Shown here: positions 13,687 through 28,207 of the stretch, in pieces
Layout of the letters: each line of letters begins with the position of its first letter
How positions within the stretch are numbered: the first letter of the stretch is position 1
Source: Octopus vulgaris
Taxonomy: Eukaryota
Assembly: GCA_951406725.2 (NCBI GenBank)
Contig: OX597815.1
Location: 21,700,001-21,764,000, forward strand
Length of the DNA stretch: 64,000 nt
Direction of reading: 5' to 3'
Position numbers and translations under genes: made by a program
Notes under the pieces: generated by a model
The model's database searches: none
What the model was told of the DNA's origin: nothing
Seen by the model: only the letters and a program-made list of their open reading frames with translations

Positions 13687-14997
13687 CCGCTGCCACCGCT
13701 GCCACGCTGCCACCGCTGCCACGTTTCCACCGCTGCCACGCTTCCACCGCTGCTACGCTTCCACCGCTGCCACGCTGCCGCGCTTCCACCGCTGCACGCT
13801 TTCACCGCTGCCACGCTGCTACCGCTCCCACCGCTGCCACGCTTCCACCGCTTCCACGCTTCCACCGCTGCCACGCTTCCACCGCTGCTACGCTTCCACC
13901 GCTGCCACGCTTCCACCGCTGCCACGCTGCTACCGCTGCCACCGCTGCCACGCTGCCACCGCTGCCACGCTTCCACCGCTGCTACGCTTCCACCGCTTCC
14001 ACGCTGCTACCGCTGCCACGCTGCCACTGCTGCCACGCTGCAACAATTGCCACAATTGCCACTCTTCCACCGCTGCCACTGCTGCCACCGCTGCCAACGC
14101 TGTCACCGCTGCCACGCTGCCACCGCTGTCACGCTGCCACCGCTGCCACGCTGCCACGCTGCCACCGCTGCCACGCTGCCACCGCTTCCACGCTGCCACC
14201 GCTGCCACGCTTCCACCACTGCTACGCTTCCACCGCTGCCACGCTGCCGCGCTTCCACCGCTGCACGCTTTCACCGCTGCCACGCTGCTACCGCTGCCAC
14301 GCTGCTACCGCTGCCACGCTGCTACCGCTGCCACCGCTGCCACGCTTCCACCGCTTCCACCGCTTCCACGCTTCCACCGCTGCCACGCTTCCACCGCTGC
14401 TACGCTTCCACCGCTGCCACGCTTCCACCGCTGCCATGCTGCTACCGCTGCCACCGCTGCCACCATTGCCACGCTTCCACCGCTGCCACCGCTGCCAACG
14501 CTGCCACCGCTGACACGCTGCCACCGCTGCCACGCTGCCACCGCTGTCACGCTGCCACCGCTGCCACGCTGCCACCGCTGCCACCGCTGCCACCGCTGCC
14601 ACGCTGCTACCGCTGCCACGCTGCCAACGCTGCTTCCACCACCACAGCTATCATCGCCACCACAACCACCACAACCACCACCACCACAACCACCACAACC
14701 ACCACCACCACCACCACTACAACCACTACCACCACCACCACCACCACCACACCACCACCACAACCACCACCACCACCACTACCACCACCACCACCACCAC
14801 CACCACCACCACCACCACCACCACCACCACCACCACCACCACCACCACCACCACCACCACCACCACCACCACCACCACCACCACCACCACACCATCACCA
14901 CCACCACCACCACCAACACCACCACCACCACCACCACCACCACCACCACCACCACCACCACCACCACCACCACCACCACAACTACCACCACCACCCT
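13686..14997. repeat. GC-rich 8/9-mer minisatellite grading into (CAC)n
   Basis: Mixed CCACCGCTG, CCACGCTG, CCACGCTT and CTACCGCTG units to about 14640, then (CCA)n. Confidence 0.95.
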
Positions 14998-15449
14998 CAG
15001 TAAGATAGTCATGCACATGTATCTCTTAGTAAAAAAAAAAAAAAAAAGATTACCGAATAGCTTCACTTTCTGGTAAAAGATTAATTCTATAAAATTATTA
15101 TTAGCCGACATGAAAAAAAAAAAAACAACAAACAAAAACAAACAAAAACAAAAACAAAATATAAAATGCAACTTTTGTTTGTATCAAATCTGCGTTGCAT
15201 TAACATTGGCCTCTATCGTTCTACACCTTCTTCACCAGTTTCTTCCTGTCTTCTTGTTCTTGTCCCTCATGTACGGAGGCATTTATACACACGTACAGAC
15301 GTACATTCACTGACGAAATCGATATTAATGTCTTGCGCAATCAACGTAGACATTACTCTCTTTTATACTTTTCATTTTATGTTTTAAAAATTTACTGACA
15401 GGTCTTGTCGCCAGATATAACCCGCCCCATACCTAGACATACGCTCATG

Positions 15450-15700
15450 GTATGTATGTATGTATGTATGTATGTATGTATGTATGTATGTATGTATGTA
15501 TGTATGTATGTATGTATGTATGTATGTATGTATGTATGTATGTATGTATGTATGTATGTATGTGTGTATGTATGTATGTATGTATTTATGTATGTGCGTA
15601 TGTATGTATGTGTGTGTATGTATGTATGTATGTATGTATGTATGTATGTATGTATGTATGTATGTGTGTGTATGTATTTATGTATGTGCGTGTGTATGTA
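15450..15700. repeat. (TATG)n microsatellite
   Basis: Direct reading. Confidence 0.95.
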
Positions 15701-15968
15701 GGTATGCATGTACGTATGTATGCATACATGTATGTATTCATGTATATATGTACATTATATATGAAGGTATTTACACACATCTAACATATATATGTATACA
15801 CGTATGCGTGCATATATATATATAATCATATATAAATATATGATCATATATGTGTGTGTATATCTATACATACACATATTTATATACCTTTATGAGTGCG
15901 GGTGTGTGTGTATATATATAGTCATATATAAATATATGATCATATATATATATATATATATATGTATA

Positions 15969-16004
<36 letters not shown>

Positions 16005-16044
16005 TATACATATACATATTTATATACACTTATGGGTGCGCGTG

Positions 16045-16075
<31 letters not shown>

Positions 16076-19000
16076 CAATATATATATATATGTACTCACA
16101 TTAGCGTAGCTGCGGCACATAAAATAATTATGCACCTGTTTGTGTCTATGAGTGTGTGCGAGTTGTACTGAAAATATCACTATAGGTTTAGTTAGTGTTT
16201 CTTGTTAAATTAAAATGTTGGCAAACATCACGTGAAGATGAATGAGGACTTATATGGTGTGGAGTGGCCTTTTGTTGGAGTGTATTAAGTATTCTATTCA
16301 GAAAAGGAGATTTAGTAGTTTAGATACTATAAAGTAATCACTGTTAGCAATGGATAGAGGTACCACAATTTGTAGGTTAGGATGTAGCTCGTAGGTTTAC
16401 TTTGAATTATAGTTAACCAGGCTTTTTATCCCTGGACAGGTCGACCCCTATTTGGAGAGCGCTTTTGTTCTAAATTTAACTTTAATAAACCGTGAGAGAT
16501 CTAGGGAGTCTTTAATAATTTCATAAAATATGTCGTGGTGTGTATATTTATAAGTCATTCGATGTAGTGGGCACATAGAACATGTCAAGCTTTCAGTAAT
16601 CAAATCATAAATCTTATATTAATTTTATTTCTTAATAAATACATGAAATATGAGAGAATCAGTTTGAAACGTCGGTACAAACTAATTTTATTAGTTATAT
16701 TTAAATCTATTTCAAGTAACCAAGAAAACTATCTGAGTTTCATATACACTTGGCATAAAAATAATTCTCAACAACCCACCTATGATCAATAGATTAAATA
16801 TCATTTGTATATAGGAATATATATGTTCAATGTTAACGAATTAAAGGGAGTTGGTTTTGCAGAATTACTAGAGCGTCGAACAAAATACAATGTAATGATT
16901 TAGTTATAGCCTTTCACTTTCTAAGTTCAAATACTATCGAGGTCAACTTTGCTTTTCAGCTTCCCAGGTCAGATAAAACACAATGCCAGTTAAGGACTGG
17001 AATCGATTTAATCGACAAAGCCTTGCCCCAAGTTGAAATGATTATAAACAAAATAATTTCATACTCCTATGTTTACTTTAAGAGCGCGAATGGCCAAATG
17101 AATATGATCGAGTGTACACAGCCGAAAGATCAACAGTCTGTATCTCATCATCGGCAATGAGTTGTATCTGTGACTAAGGCACAACTGCCCAGTCTGTCTA
17201 TCTCACTGTTTGAACAAAATGCTGCACTAAGGAATGGGCGAAACTATAGAATCGACTATAGTTTCATTAGATTGGATTCGACTCCACCAGCGCATTTCGT
17301 GATTGTTACGCTGTTTTTTTTTGAAATCTTAATTATTTTTTAAAAGTTTCTAAACGTGATTGTGTAGTTAAACTTCTTTTCTCACGGTAACACACAGTGG
17401 TCAAGAAATACTAATGGATGGAACCATTTCTGTCGCAGGGAGATGTAACAAATACGTTTAAAATAAGTTACGGTATGTAAAAACTAGCTAGAAGCACGCA
17501 ACAGCAAAGTCAAGGGAACATATTACAAAATATTTAGGCTTTCCAAAGTGAAAATAAATGACCTTTATATGTGTAACAAACTGTAATTGTGCATGTATCT
17601 ATTGTAAGCGATATCACGAGCTCTCAGCAACTAAGTTGTTTGCAACAAGATTTAGATTCTTGGTTGTAAATATCCGCTTCTAATAACTTTACAGAAAAAC
17701 TGAATGTAACAAAGACTTATTTCCAATTTTCATTAAATAGTCCTTCTCTTGTATCTATTAAAGAAAAGTGTATAGTATTGTTTCAAGAAAGAGAAAAAGC
17801 AGTGTTTTTGATCCTGCTATAGTCATTATCTCTTTATATAAAGAAACAAGAAGTACGAAATAAACCAAAACAAACTTCTATAGATTAGTTACTAATAAGT
17901 GGGAAGGAATCTGTAAAATTGACTTTTGTTAGCATTCTTTTATTACAAAGTAAATAAAACTTCTGTTTAGAAACGGTAGCGTTGTTTGTACAAAAAATAT
18001 GACAGGAAAAATATCACTTGTAGAAAATTGTGACCGTGAAAGATAATATATTGTTCTTTTAAAACAGAATAAGATATGTAGGAGAAATCGGCAAACCAAA
18101 TGAAATAACGAGTGAAAGGATTGTATACTAGGCAGTTTAAAAGCAAAACTAGATTTCGGACAAGTAAACTTATTTTTCTAAACGTAGTATAATTAGCAAC
18201 AGGATTGCTTTTTGATTTTTTTTCCAAAACAGAAAAGTGTCATCAATCCATTAGTCACGTGATTTGTATTTATATCTGCTCGGGGTTTGAATAAGTATAT
18301 TTTTACGTTTATACAATGCGTTCTGTGAATGGATGATTATAATTGCTTATAGATAGATGTGAAATGGCCGAATGAACAAAGTATTAAATTGCTAACTCGT
18401 TTAGTTCAAATTTGTTGTAAGGACTTCCTAGTTTAAGATGGAGAGAATAATAAGGCAAGAAATATGGGTGAAGAAAGAAGAATTATAAATAAGTAAAGCA
18501 AAATAGAATGAAATCGACGAACACTCAGGGAGCATATGTTTGAAAGAAAAAAGAAAAGGGGTAGAAAAAAACTAAAACTCTAAGGAAAATTATTGGTTTT
18601 GCATTTAGACGCTAGTATATAAAAATATCCTTCAAACAATTTGATGACTCTTAACAGAAAAAGGCCTTGCTGTAACAAACCATTTCCCATATTGAAAAGA
18701 TTGGTAATTTTGATGGATATTGAAAATATAGGTGGTCACATAGGAAAAGTAGTGGGCAACAAGCTGAGGGTTCATATTGTCTTCAACACTGCGGTGCATT
18801 TGTGTCCAGGTCATTTAACTCTCTAATAATTCATGGATATCCTTTCGTAGAGTCACTACATGAAGACCTGTTTTTTCCTTGTTGCTCCAACGATTTTACG
18901 AGTCTCGTTGAGGATGTGACAAATTTAAGGATAGGGAAAAAATAAGTTACGAAATAATCATATTATGTAATCAATGTATTAATCTAACGTGGATGATTTC

Positions 19001-21696
19001 CATCACTTTGTACAATAGAAAATGGCAGAGTAGACAGAATATCGCTGTATTTGATGGTTCATATTCTATGAAGGAATGTCAATGTTAGTATACCTAATAT
19101 AGTGAGCTCAAATTGTTAACTAACTAAATTTACATCTTTGGTGAGGATACAGACTCATTATCATTAGATCAATGTGAAATTCTAGTAAGAAAAGCAGTGA
19201 TAATTATGGACATATATTTTGATGGTAGATTTCCTTAGGGAATTATCGGTTGTTCTACTCTGTTTAATGACAAAGGCTCTCAACTTGTAATGATTTACTT
19301 CACCTTGCTCTATCAAGGTTAGTTCAACACTCAAAATGAGTGAAAATATTGTATTACTGGTGTGTATTGTGACGCTGAGCTTAAATACTTTTTTTGCAGT
19401 CTTTTCTTGTTCATAAATTAGAATCGGTCAGATTTCGATAAATCACTTGAAAATTAATTCTTGAAATAATTCTTCAAAGAATCAAAAGATAATGGATCTT
19501 AGACCATTTTTTTCACAATAAACATTTTGATTACTTTTATATAGTATACTTAATTGGGTTTCATATTTGGAATACATAGTGTTTATCTTTCTATGCGTTT
19601 TAATTATTTCATAGTTGGTAGTTTATATTAAACTTCAGGCTTTTCAACCATTGCGAAAAAAAAGTATTAATTTCCTTTGGTATGGAGTCAGCAAAATGCT
19701 CCGACAGCTGAACCACAGGTAGGTTGTTTCCCCGTTCTTGTCTTTTCTGCATTTTGAGACTGGCTGGTACCGTGCCACTTTCGTCTGAGAACCAACCATC
19801 TTGTCTCTCACCCTCTTTCACTCATATTGTTTGAAACCCTCTAGGACTCTTACCAAACATTACACTCAATTCTCCTTCTCCAAAATGTATTTCACCCAGA
19901 ATTTCATCTCTGTCTATGTTTCTTTTTGCAGTCGTTGATTTCCAGTTGTTTAAGGGGTATATGGAACACATCGACGTAGCCTTCATGGGCACGAGCCTAT
20001 TCACCAGACCAGTCCATTGAAACAGTGAATATATTGAGTATATAATTTGAATAGAAGGTTTACTTAGTATCTCAAATGTATTACACGTATGGCAGAATGG
20101 CTCACACAATAGTTTACGGTGTCTATCCATGGAAACAGGTTTATATTATGAGAGGCATCCCTCACAAAAACTCTGTTTAGTTTCGATATCATTTTATGAA
20201 AATGAGGGAGAAAAGAATGAAAAAATCTTTTCGCTGTAAACATGGACCAGCTCGCTTGATAGTATAGATAAAGTGCAACAAAACCGGACTGAAAGGCAAA
20301 ATAAACATTAAATAAGATGGAAAATATGCTATGCTTTATACTGAAGCCAAACCTTTCGTAGCTTGATACAGTGATTTGCATAATGTGTTCGTATCGCCAT
20401 TATAAGTTATTAAAATAAATACAATATAAATATTGAGATACTAAGACACTGATACAGTAAAAGGGAAGGTGAATGACACTTGTAACGTACAACATATAAT
20501 TAAACGGAAATTGATATTTTGTTTATCATCGTAAGCATTTTAGACTATCTTCAAAATGAGTTAAGAAATTCCGAGGAAATCTGCTGCTGCTGGTTTACGT
20601 TGAAAACTTTTGCTTATTGAAGTTCGGAGATTTGGTTAAGTTTGCATGTTGTTTGGTGAAAATATTGACGTTTCGATGCCAGTCAAACAGCATTTTTCTC
20701 TTTTCACGTACAACTTCCACAAAACTATGAATATTACTGTATTAAACGTTGCTATAATATTTCTTTTAACTGCCTTGGCATTGAAAAATGTCATGGTGAG
20801 TTCATCACTCAAGTGGATGAAAGAGATATCTAACTTGGACTGGTATATTACTTGAGGCTTGATGGATGATGGGAACGATGCCGTTCCTGCTAAAGCTAAA
20901 GCAGAACAATGTTGATATTTTCTGCTTTATAGTCCTTTCACATCTACTTTTTCTCCAAACACTTTCTTTGTCATTTTCCAGCAATCCTAAGATAATTCTC
21001 TATGTGTTTATACTTCTTTTGCATCATTTAACCTTCATATAATTTCCTGAGGGTGCCGCGATGTAGTTCACGTTACTCAGTTTACTGAACAGAAGCATTG
21101 GCGTGGTGGTGCTGGTGGGGGTGTTTATTCTGTTGTATTCTGTCTTCAATAATTGACTGTCTATAACAATGTCTATAACTGACTCTGCACAGTTGAAGCA
21201 CAAGTAGAATTCACTCAATATTTGGAAGCCTTGCTCCTTTCAGAACTTTGTTGATCCTGTAATGGAATAATCTGATTTAGAATATTGATATCGAGCCTCT
21301 TTAGTGGAAACACTGGAAAAGTCTGTTATGGTGACTGTAGAAAAGTTAGCTTTTAATAAGTGTTGGTGTAATTATTGTCCAAAACCCTGAAAGTTTATAC
21401 CGAAACAATAGCAATAGCTTCATCAGATTCTTATAGAGGGATTGTCAACCAAAACAGACGCCCGTCTTTCTTTAGAAATTAATTATATCGTCGAAGAAGA
21501 TTATGACATTTTCTGCTATACTGAAAATAGTATTGTTTATAAATATTCAGAAGATTGCTAGAATTTTGTCGTGGTGGTTGTACAAAATCTCCGTTTTTTG
21601 TTCGGCTAAATAATGTGTCGAAATGTCATCGATATAGAAATAGGCCTGGAATAAATTCGAAGATTTCTTTGAAATCGTCGAAAATAGTCTGCTACA

Positions 21697-22102
21697 GGCG
21701 CAGGAGTGGCTGTGTGGTAAGTAGCTTGCTTACGAACCACATGGTTCTGGGTTCAGTCCCACTGCATGGCACCTTGGGCAAGTGTCTTTTACTATAACCT
21801 CGGGCCGACAAAAGCCTTGTGAGTGGATTTGGTAGACGGAAACTGAAAGAAGCCCGTCGTATATATGTATATGTATATATATATGTGTGTGTGTGTGTGT
21901 TTGTGTGTCTGTGTTCGTCCCCCCAACATCGCCTAACAACCGATGCTGGTGTGTTTACGTCCTCGTAACTTAGCGGTTCGGCAAAAAAGGACCGATAGAA
22001 TAAGTACTAGGCTTACAAAGAATAAGTCCTGGGGTCAATTTGCTCGACTAAAGGCGGTGCTCCAGCATGGCTGCAGTCAAATGACTGAAACAAGTGAAAG
22101 AG
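21697..22102 (+). mobile_element. tRNA-derived SINE, family A (CORE-like motif, internal TA/TG microsatellite)
   Basis: GGCGCAGGAGTGGCTGTGTGGTAAG (A box), GGTTCAGTCCC (B box), CCTTGGGCAAGTGTCTT, tail GACTGAAACAAGT. Matches 23262, 44026 and 59414. Confidence 0.92.
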
Positions 22103-22661
22103 TACAATAACATCCTACCACATCTGCTCGTAGAGAAGATAAGCTCGTCATTAGATGCTTTATTAGAGGAACTTAGTTCATCAGTATTGACCAAAGTTAC
22201 AGCTGATCAAATTTTAAAACCCTTGTAAGATCTTCAAGGATTGCATATTGACCATGATTCTGTTCTCTATATTTCTCGTGGACCTAAAATTATTTCGGAT
22301 TTCGTGTAATTTTTTTCTACTAGACAATTCTACCCACCATTGACAGTAAAAGTGCAATAGTCTTCTTTCTTTCAATTTTCTGCTCTTTCTCTTGTTAGAA
22401 CATAATCAGTTTGGTTATGGAAGCTTTGTTGGATCACTGAAATTGAATGGGAAGTATGTAAAAAGTTGGTTGCATGAGACGAAGCACTGTACGTAATGTA
22501 TTGCGAAATGTTTAGAGAAAGAAACATAATTAGACTTCTAGGGATTAACTAGCAAGCTCTGAGAAACAGAATTTATTGTGTTGCGTGCATAGTTCTGAAC
22601 CTGCTTGACTATCAATCTGTCTGTATACCCCCCACATTCTCTTTTCTCTCTCTTTCTCCCA

Positions 22662-22949
<288 letters not shown>

Positions 22950-23261
22950 AGTCTGTTTTCTCTCCTCTGCTTATCCGCCTCTTTGTTCTGGACATTTCCC
23001 TTCTCTTCTACGTGCATATAGATTATAACTTACTTTACTCTAATACAATACCAGACGTTTTTAGGGACTGACAGTTGTCGTATTAAGAATTAAAACCCCA
23101 ACTGATTGACAGCAACACGAATTAACAAAATAAAAGACGGATGACCGGGTCGTTGTCACCATAGCAATATTATAGCTAAGACCGTCATTAGGAATACTGC
23201 TTCAGGCGGTGGGGTTGGCAGGAGCGGAAATGATGATCCTAATGGTAGTGAAGTTAACGTT

Positions 23262-23640
23262 GGCGCAGGAGTGGCTGTGTGGTAAGTAGCTTGCTAACCA
23301 ACCACATGGTTCCGGGTTCAGTCCCACTGTGTGGCACCTTGGGCAAGTGTCTTCTGCTATAGCCCTGGGCTGACCAATGCCTTGTGAGTGGATTTGGTAG
23401 ACGGAAACTGAAAGAAGCCTGTCGTATATATGTATGTGTGTGTGTCTGTGTTTGTCCCCCCTAGTATTGCTTGACAACCGATGCTGGTATGCTTACGTCC
23501 CTGTCACTTAGCGGTTCGGCAAAAGAGACCGATAGAATAAGTACTGGGCTTACAAAGAATAAGTCCCGGGGTCGAGTTGCTCGACTAAAGGCGGTGCTCC
23601 AGCATGGCCGCAGTCAAATGACTGAAACAAGTAAAAGAGA
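23262..23640 (+). mobile_element. SINE family A
   Basis: Near-identical to 21697 and 44026. Confidence 0.92.
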
Positions 23641-24780
23641 GAAAGAAAAAAGAGAGTTGACAATGGTTTTAATGATGATGCTTGCAGACTAATACTTCTG
23701 GTTTTTCTGGGTGGCAACATCGTTCATAAAAAGATGTTGGAGTTGGTAAAACTACAGTGTTAGTGTTAATGTTGCTGCCTCAACTGTGAGGCTCAAAGAG
23801 CAGAAGAAACCTTCGATTGAGCCACGTTTCCAACCCACGCAGATTCTCGACTACAACCATTACAGATCATTTACGTTGCTAACTTCCTTTAGAAATGATG
23901 AGCATCAAATATATCACCCTTCTCAACCTACTTATTTTTTATGCTTACGTAAGCCAATAATATCGGTGCTTCATAATACTTTATTAGCTTTTCCTAATAG
24001 CATATACCTGAGTCAATCAAACAGCTTCTTTCTAGTTAAGGAGACTTAGTGCTTGGGTAAAATGAATATTTGACTGAATGGATAGAAAACTGATCAAAAT
24101 GTCACAATGCCCCACATTACGTTATTTCACATTCTGAGTTTCAATCATGTTAGAGTATAACTTACATTTTATCTTTTCACGGTTGATAAAGTAAGTACTA
24201 GGGTTTAGATTAGAGTTTCCTTTTCCTAAACAGCTATTCTAACAATGCCTAGAGTTCAATCCTTAACAACTTTGATTATCCAGTAGTTCGATCAATTATA
24301 AAATATATGGCTCATTGAATTGGCGCACAAATGTATTCGACAGGACGTGTTTCCATGATATAACTCTCTGGTGGAATCAGCGAGACACATTATAACAAGA
24401 CTGGACCCTTGTATTATAGGTGCAGTTCACACTTTCTACATGATTTCCGGTTCCTATTTTCGCTCGCATAGATATACTCACACACACACGCGCACACCAC
24501 GCGCACATGCAACATATGTAGGTACAGACATTGCCATCGCGTTGATATTATTATTGTTCTTGCCAACTGGTTATTGAAAAGTTGGTGGGTTGTTAATGGT
24601 GGTTGTGGTGGCTGTGTTGGTTATGTTATTGGTGATGGTGGCAGTGGTTGTATTGGTTTTGGTGTTGATTATGATTGTATTGGTAATGATGAAGCTTAAT
24701 ACATACATACATACATACATACATACATACATACATACATACATACATAAATACATACATACATACATAAATACACACAG

Positions 24781-24845
<65 letters not shown>

Positions 24846-24954
24846 CACATACATATATACATACATACATATATACACCCTCACCCCCACAAAATACTAT
24901 CTCGCACTCCGTAAGTGATTATAGTGACGCATACTTCAAACATTTCTATACGCG

Positions 24955-25005
<51 letters not shown>

Positions 25006-25763
25006 AAGAGTGAAATCACAAACTGTAACCTGAATTAGTGAACATATTTAAAATTTCCCTCAGTATAAAGTACATAACCTGAGGTAACTGTAAGGTGGGG
25101 GATGCCTGCATACATACATACATACATACATTACATACATACATACATGTATCATGCATGTATGTATATACAAACATATATTATGTATGTAAAAGTGAGT
25201 GCGCGTGTGTAAGTATGTGTATGCATGTGTGTAAGTTAAAAGACATAGTAACTATGCCAATAAGTGGCACACAGCTTTTTATTTGAATAGCATGGCTGTA
25301 GAATATTCTGTTATAATGTAGTCATTTAACACGACACCCTGTCAGAATTTGACTGGTTTCTTTCATTTTCCTTCCTTTTTTCTTCTTCTTCTTCTTCTTC
25401 TTCTTCTTCTTCTTCTTCTTCTTCTTCTTCTTCCCTTTCTTTCAGTCTTCCTTCATTCTTCTGTACTTTACTTCCTTTACTTGATTATTTCATCCTTTCT
25501 TCCATTCTCTCAATCCTTTATCAATTCTTTTCCCCCCACTTTTTTTCTTTTAACCATTTCTGAGCTCAGCCAATTTTCCGATATGACTCACATGCTTATA
25601 CACACACACATGCACATGTATATCTATCCACCTATGTATGAGCATGTGTGTGTATATGTGTGTGCTTGTGGGCTCGCGCGCGTGCTTGTGTATTTGTGTG
25701 TGTGAGAGTGTATGTATATATATTATATTATATTATATTATATTATATTATATTATATTATAT

Positions 25764-25829
<66 letters not shown>

Positions 25830-26347
25830 TCAAAGATGTAATGCAGGGCAAATCAGATTTCTATTAAATTACAGAATTATACTTACAAGTGTACAATTGT
25901 TTCGTTACAAAGCGGTCGGTTTTGAAGCACCAGTTCAGTATGTGAAATAATTCGTATGTCTATTGATGTGTTTTTACTATTGTAAAAATGTAAGGAAAAG
26001 AAGAAAAGTGATTAGAGTGGAGGAAAGTCATGGTGAGTAATGTCTAATAGGGAGATTATTGTAGAAAGCAGTCATGCTCTATTTTGGGTTAAAATCATGC
26101 AGAATAATTATATGTAAGCTGGTTTTGAAAATTGTTTTCTAAGGGGAAATAACTTCTGGATTCTAGGTATAAAATTAATTATAAGAATATAAGGGAACGT
26201 ACATAACAAAAAATAGTAATGAGACCAGGGCAAAAGAAAAATCTCACGAAGATTTGTTATTTGTTGAATTACTGAAATTGAGAGATTATATGTACAATTA
26301 AGTATGCAAATATAAGACTTATACAACATATCGCATGAGATGTGTGG

Positions 26348-26389
<42 letters not shown>

Positions 26390-26393
<4 letters not shown>

Positions 26394-26637
26394 TCAGCAA
26401 TAATTTAGATTCAAATGAATATGGTACTTAATTTAGATGCACCAGAATTCTGTATGGAGTGATTATAATCAAAATAAGCAACAATAATGACTCCGGTAAT
26501 GGAAAACCTCTATAATTGGCTGATGAGTGCTCAGCATTTTAAACTGTTGTAATACTTACAACATTTAATAAAATGATGTAGTACGAAACGATCGTACCAA
26601 ATTACCGGAGTCATTCTTGTTGCTTATTTTGATTATA
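26390..26637 (+). mobile_element. Non-coding hairpin element with a hammerhead in the loop (family 2), inserted in (TA)n
   Basis: Arms of about 37 bp (26464-26500 and 26601-26637) enclose the ribozyme. The leader GAATATGGTACTTAATTTAGATGCACCAGAATT is shared with the 51604 element. Confidence 0.8.
26516..26600 (+). ncRNA. Type I hammerhead ribozyme, canonical core
   Basis: UUGG-CUGAUGA-GUGCU...AGUAC-GAAA-CGAUCG-UA-CCAA. Stem I is UUGG/CCAA, stem II is extended (CAUUUUA/UAAAAUG, UGUUGUAA/UUACAACA), stem III is palindromic and the triplet is GUA. Confidence 0.9.
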
Positions 26638-26679
26638 TATATATATATATGTTTCAGATATGCATTTGAATGCGTTCAT

Positions 26680-26749
<70 letters not shown>

Positions 26750-27419
26750 CAGCGAGAAAGCTTAAACGGAAGATAGATGACTTTTGGGGAGGTTTGTTTT
26801 TTAAACAGTTTTGGTGGCGTTTTGTCCGAAAAGGACAGTTACTTATTGATTTCAGTGTATAAGAACCAAAGATTCCTGGCTGGTTGTTTCGATGATAAGT
26901 CAGTCCAGAAATGTTAACTGTTTCTTAATTTCAATAAATTATTGGTTTTTATCTGGGGAGGTCATTAAACGGCTGATTGCTTTTGTTCAAGATATGCGAA
27001 TGTTTTTTTCATACACCTGGAAAATTAGCGTATGTTTGTGCGCATGCGCGAGTGTGTGTGGAGATTGTTCAAAATTTATTATTTTTTTTCAATAATTTGC
27101 TTTTTAGTAACAGCAGTAACATCATTAATATCCAGTGGTAACTTGGTTTGGCTCACATGGAAAAGTCATTTTAAATAAAATTTTCCGAGTTTTAATTGTT
27201 TACTTTTGAAGTAAACTTTTTCATAAAATGCTTCTTCATTTCCTTCCCATATTTGAATCATCTCCTGGGCATTTATAGGATAAGAAACTCTTGAAATTGT
27301 TGTTTCCGCTGATGTTTAGATGTTCGTTCAACGGGATCTTCCGTAATTATGTATGTCTAATCTACTGTTTATGAATGTTATTCGCTTTGTTAGTATATAT
27401 GATACAGAAGTGATAAACA

Positions 27420-27830
27420 CAATCACCACCATAAAACCAAATTTATTAGTCCTATTTCAAAGTCCGAAAATGGGAGATCTAAGGAAAGAAAATTGTATAA
27501 CGAACAGCGAACGTCAGCGAACACTTTTTAGGAAATACCTCACAAGGGCAGAGTTCACACCAGGCAATAACTCTGAACTACATAAAAACTTGTGGAAATA
27601 GCAAATGAGGAATATGCAATGATAATTTTAAATATCTAGGAACAGGATCCAATATAAATTTAAAACATATTCTCTTTCCAAATAAATGCAAATATTAACT
27701 GCAAAACAAGAACCCTACTATATTGCATAACCTGCTTTACATACAGAGAAAACTTACATCGGTCAGACTGGGAACTTTCTTTGTGAACGAGTAAGAACAC
27801 AGAAAAAACATATTGTACAAAAACCAACCA
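27420..27830 (+). mobile_element. Decayed Penelope-like element: RT-EN linker and GIY-YIG endonuclease remnant
   Basis: Reads SERQRTLFRKYLTRAEF, KTCGNSK*GIC, then NCKTRTLLYCITCFTYREN/(frameshift)YIGQTGNFLCERVRTQKKHI. This matches the PLE pattern C..N.IY.I.C..C...YIGQT...L..R. Confidence 0.8.
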
Positions 27831-28176
27831 GAAATATTTTGTTCTTTGTCTAAATCTTTAATAAACAAAATCAACAAGCATCTGGCCTTTTTGTGGGCAA
27901 AATGCCACACAAGCTTCTTAAAATAATTCTCTCAAAAATTCGTTTGCTTAAAGGTTCACCCAGAGATTCAAAATACACAGAAATTCAAAACAACAAACAG
28001 GTGGTCTAATCCCTTAACTGGCCACTCCCAAACATTCTTGGCCCGATCAAACAAACAAATTTATTAAAGATGTTTGAATTCCTGACATTTTATCAATAAA
28101 CAGTTGACATCTCTCTCTTATACACACATAAAGTATATTCAATATTCTATAATTTTTGAAATATATATAAATATAA

Positions 28177-28207
<31 letters not shown>

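Noticed and set aside
14047-15003. 318-aa Pro/His/Cys-rich ORF
   Set aside because: Product of the 8/9-mer minisatellite and (CCA)n, which lack stop codons by composition.
19170-19420. Cadherin-like pattern on the minus strand (LILSVELTLIEQGEVNHYKL...STIKIYVHN)
   Set aside because: Lacks the LDRE, A.DGG and D.NDN motifs; the similarity is only impressionistic.
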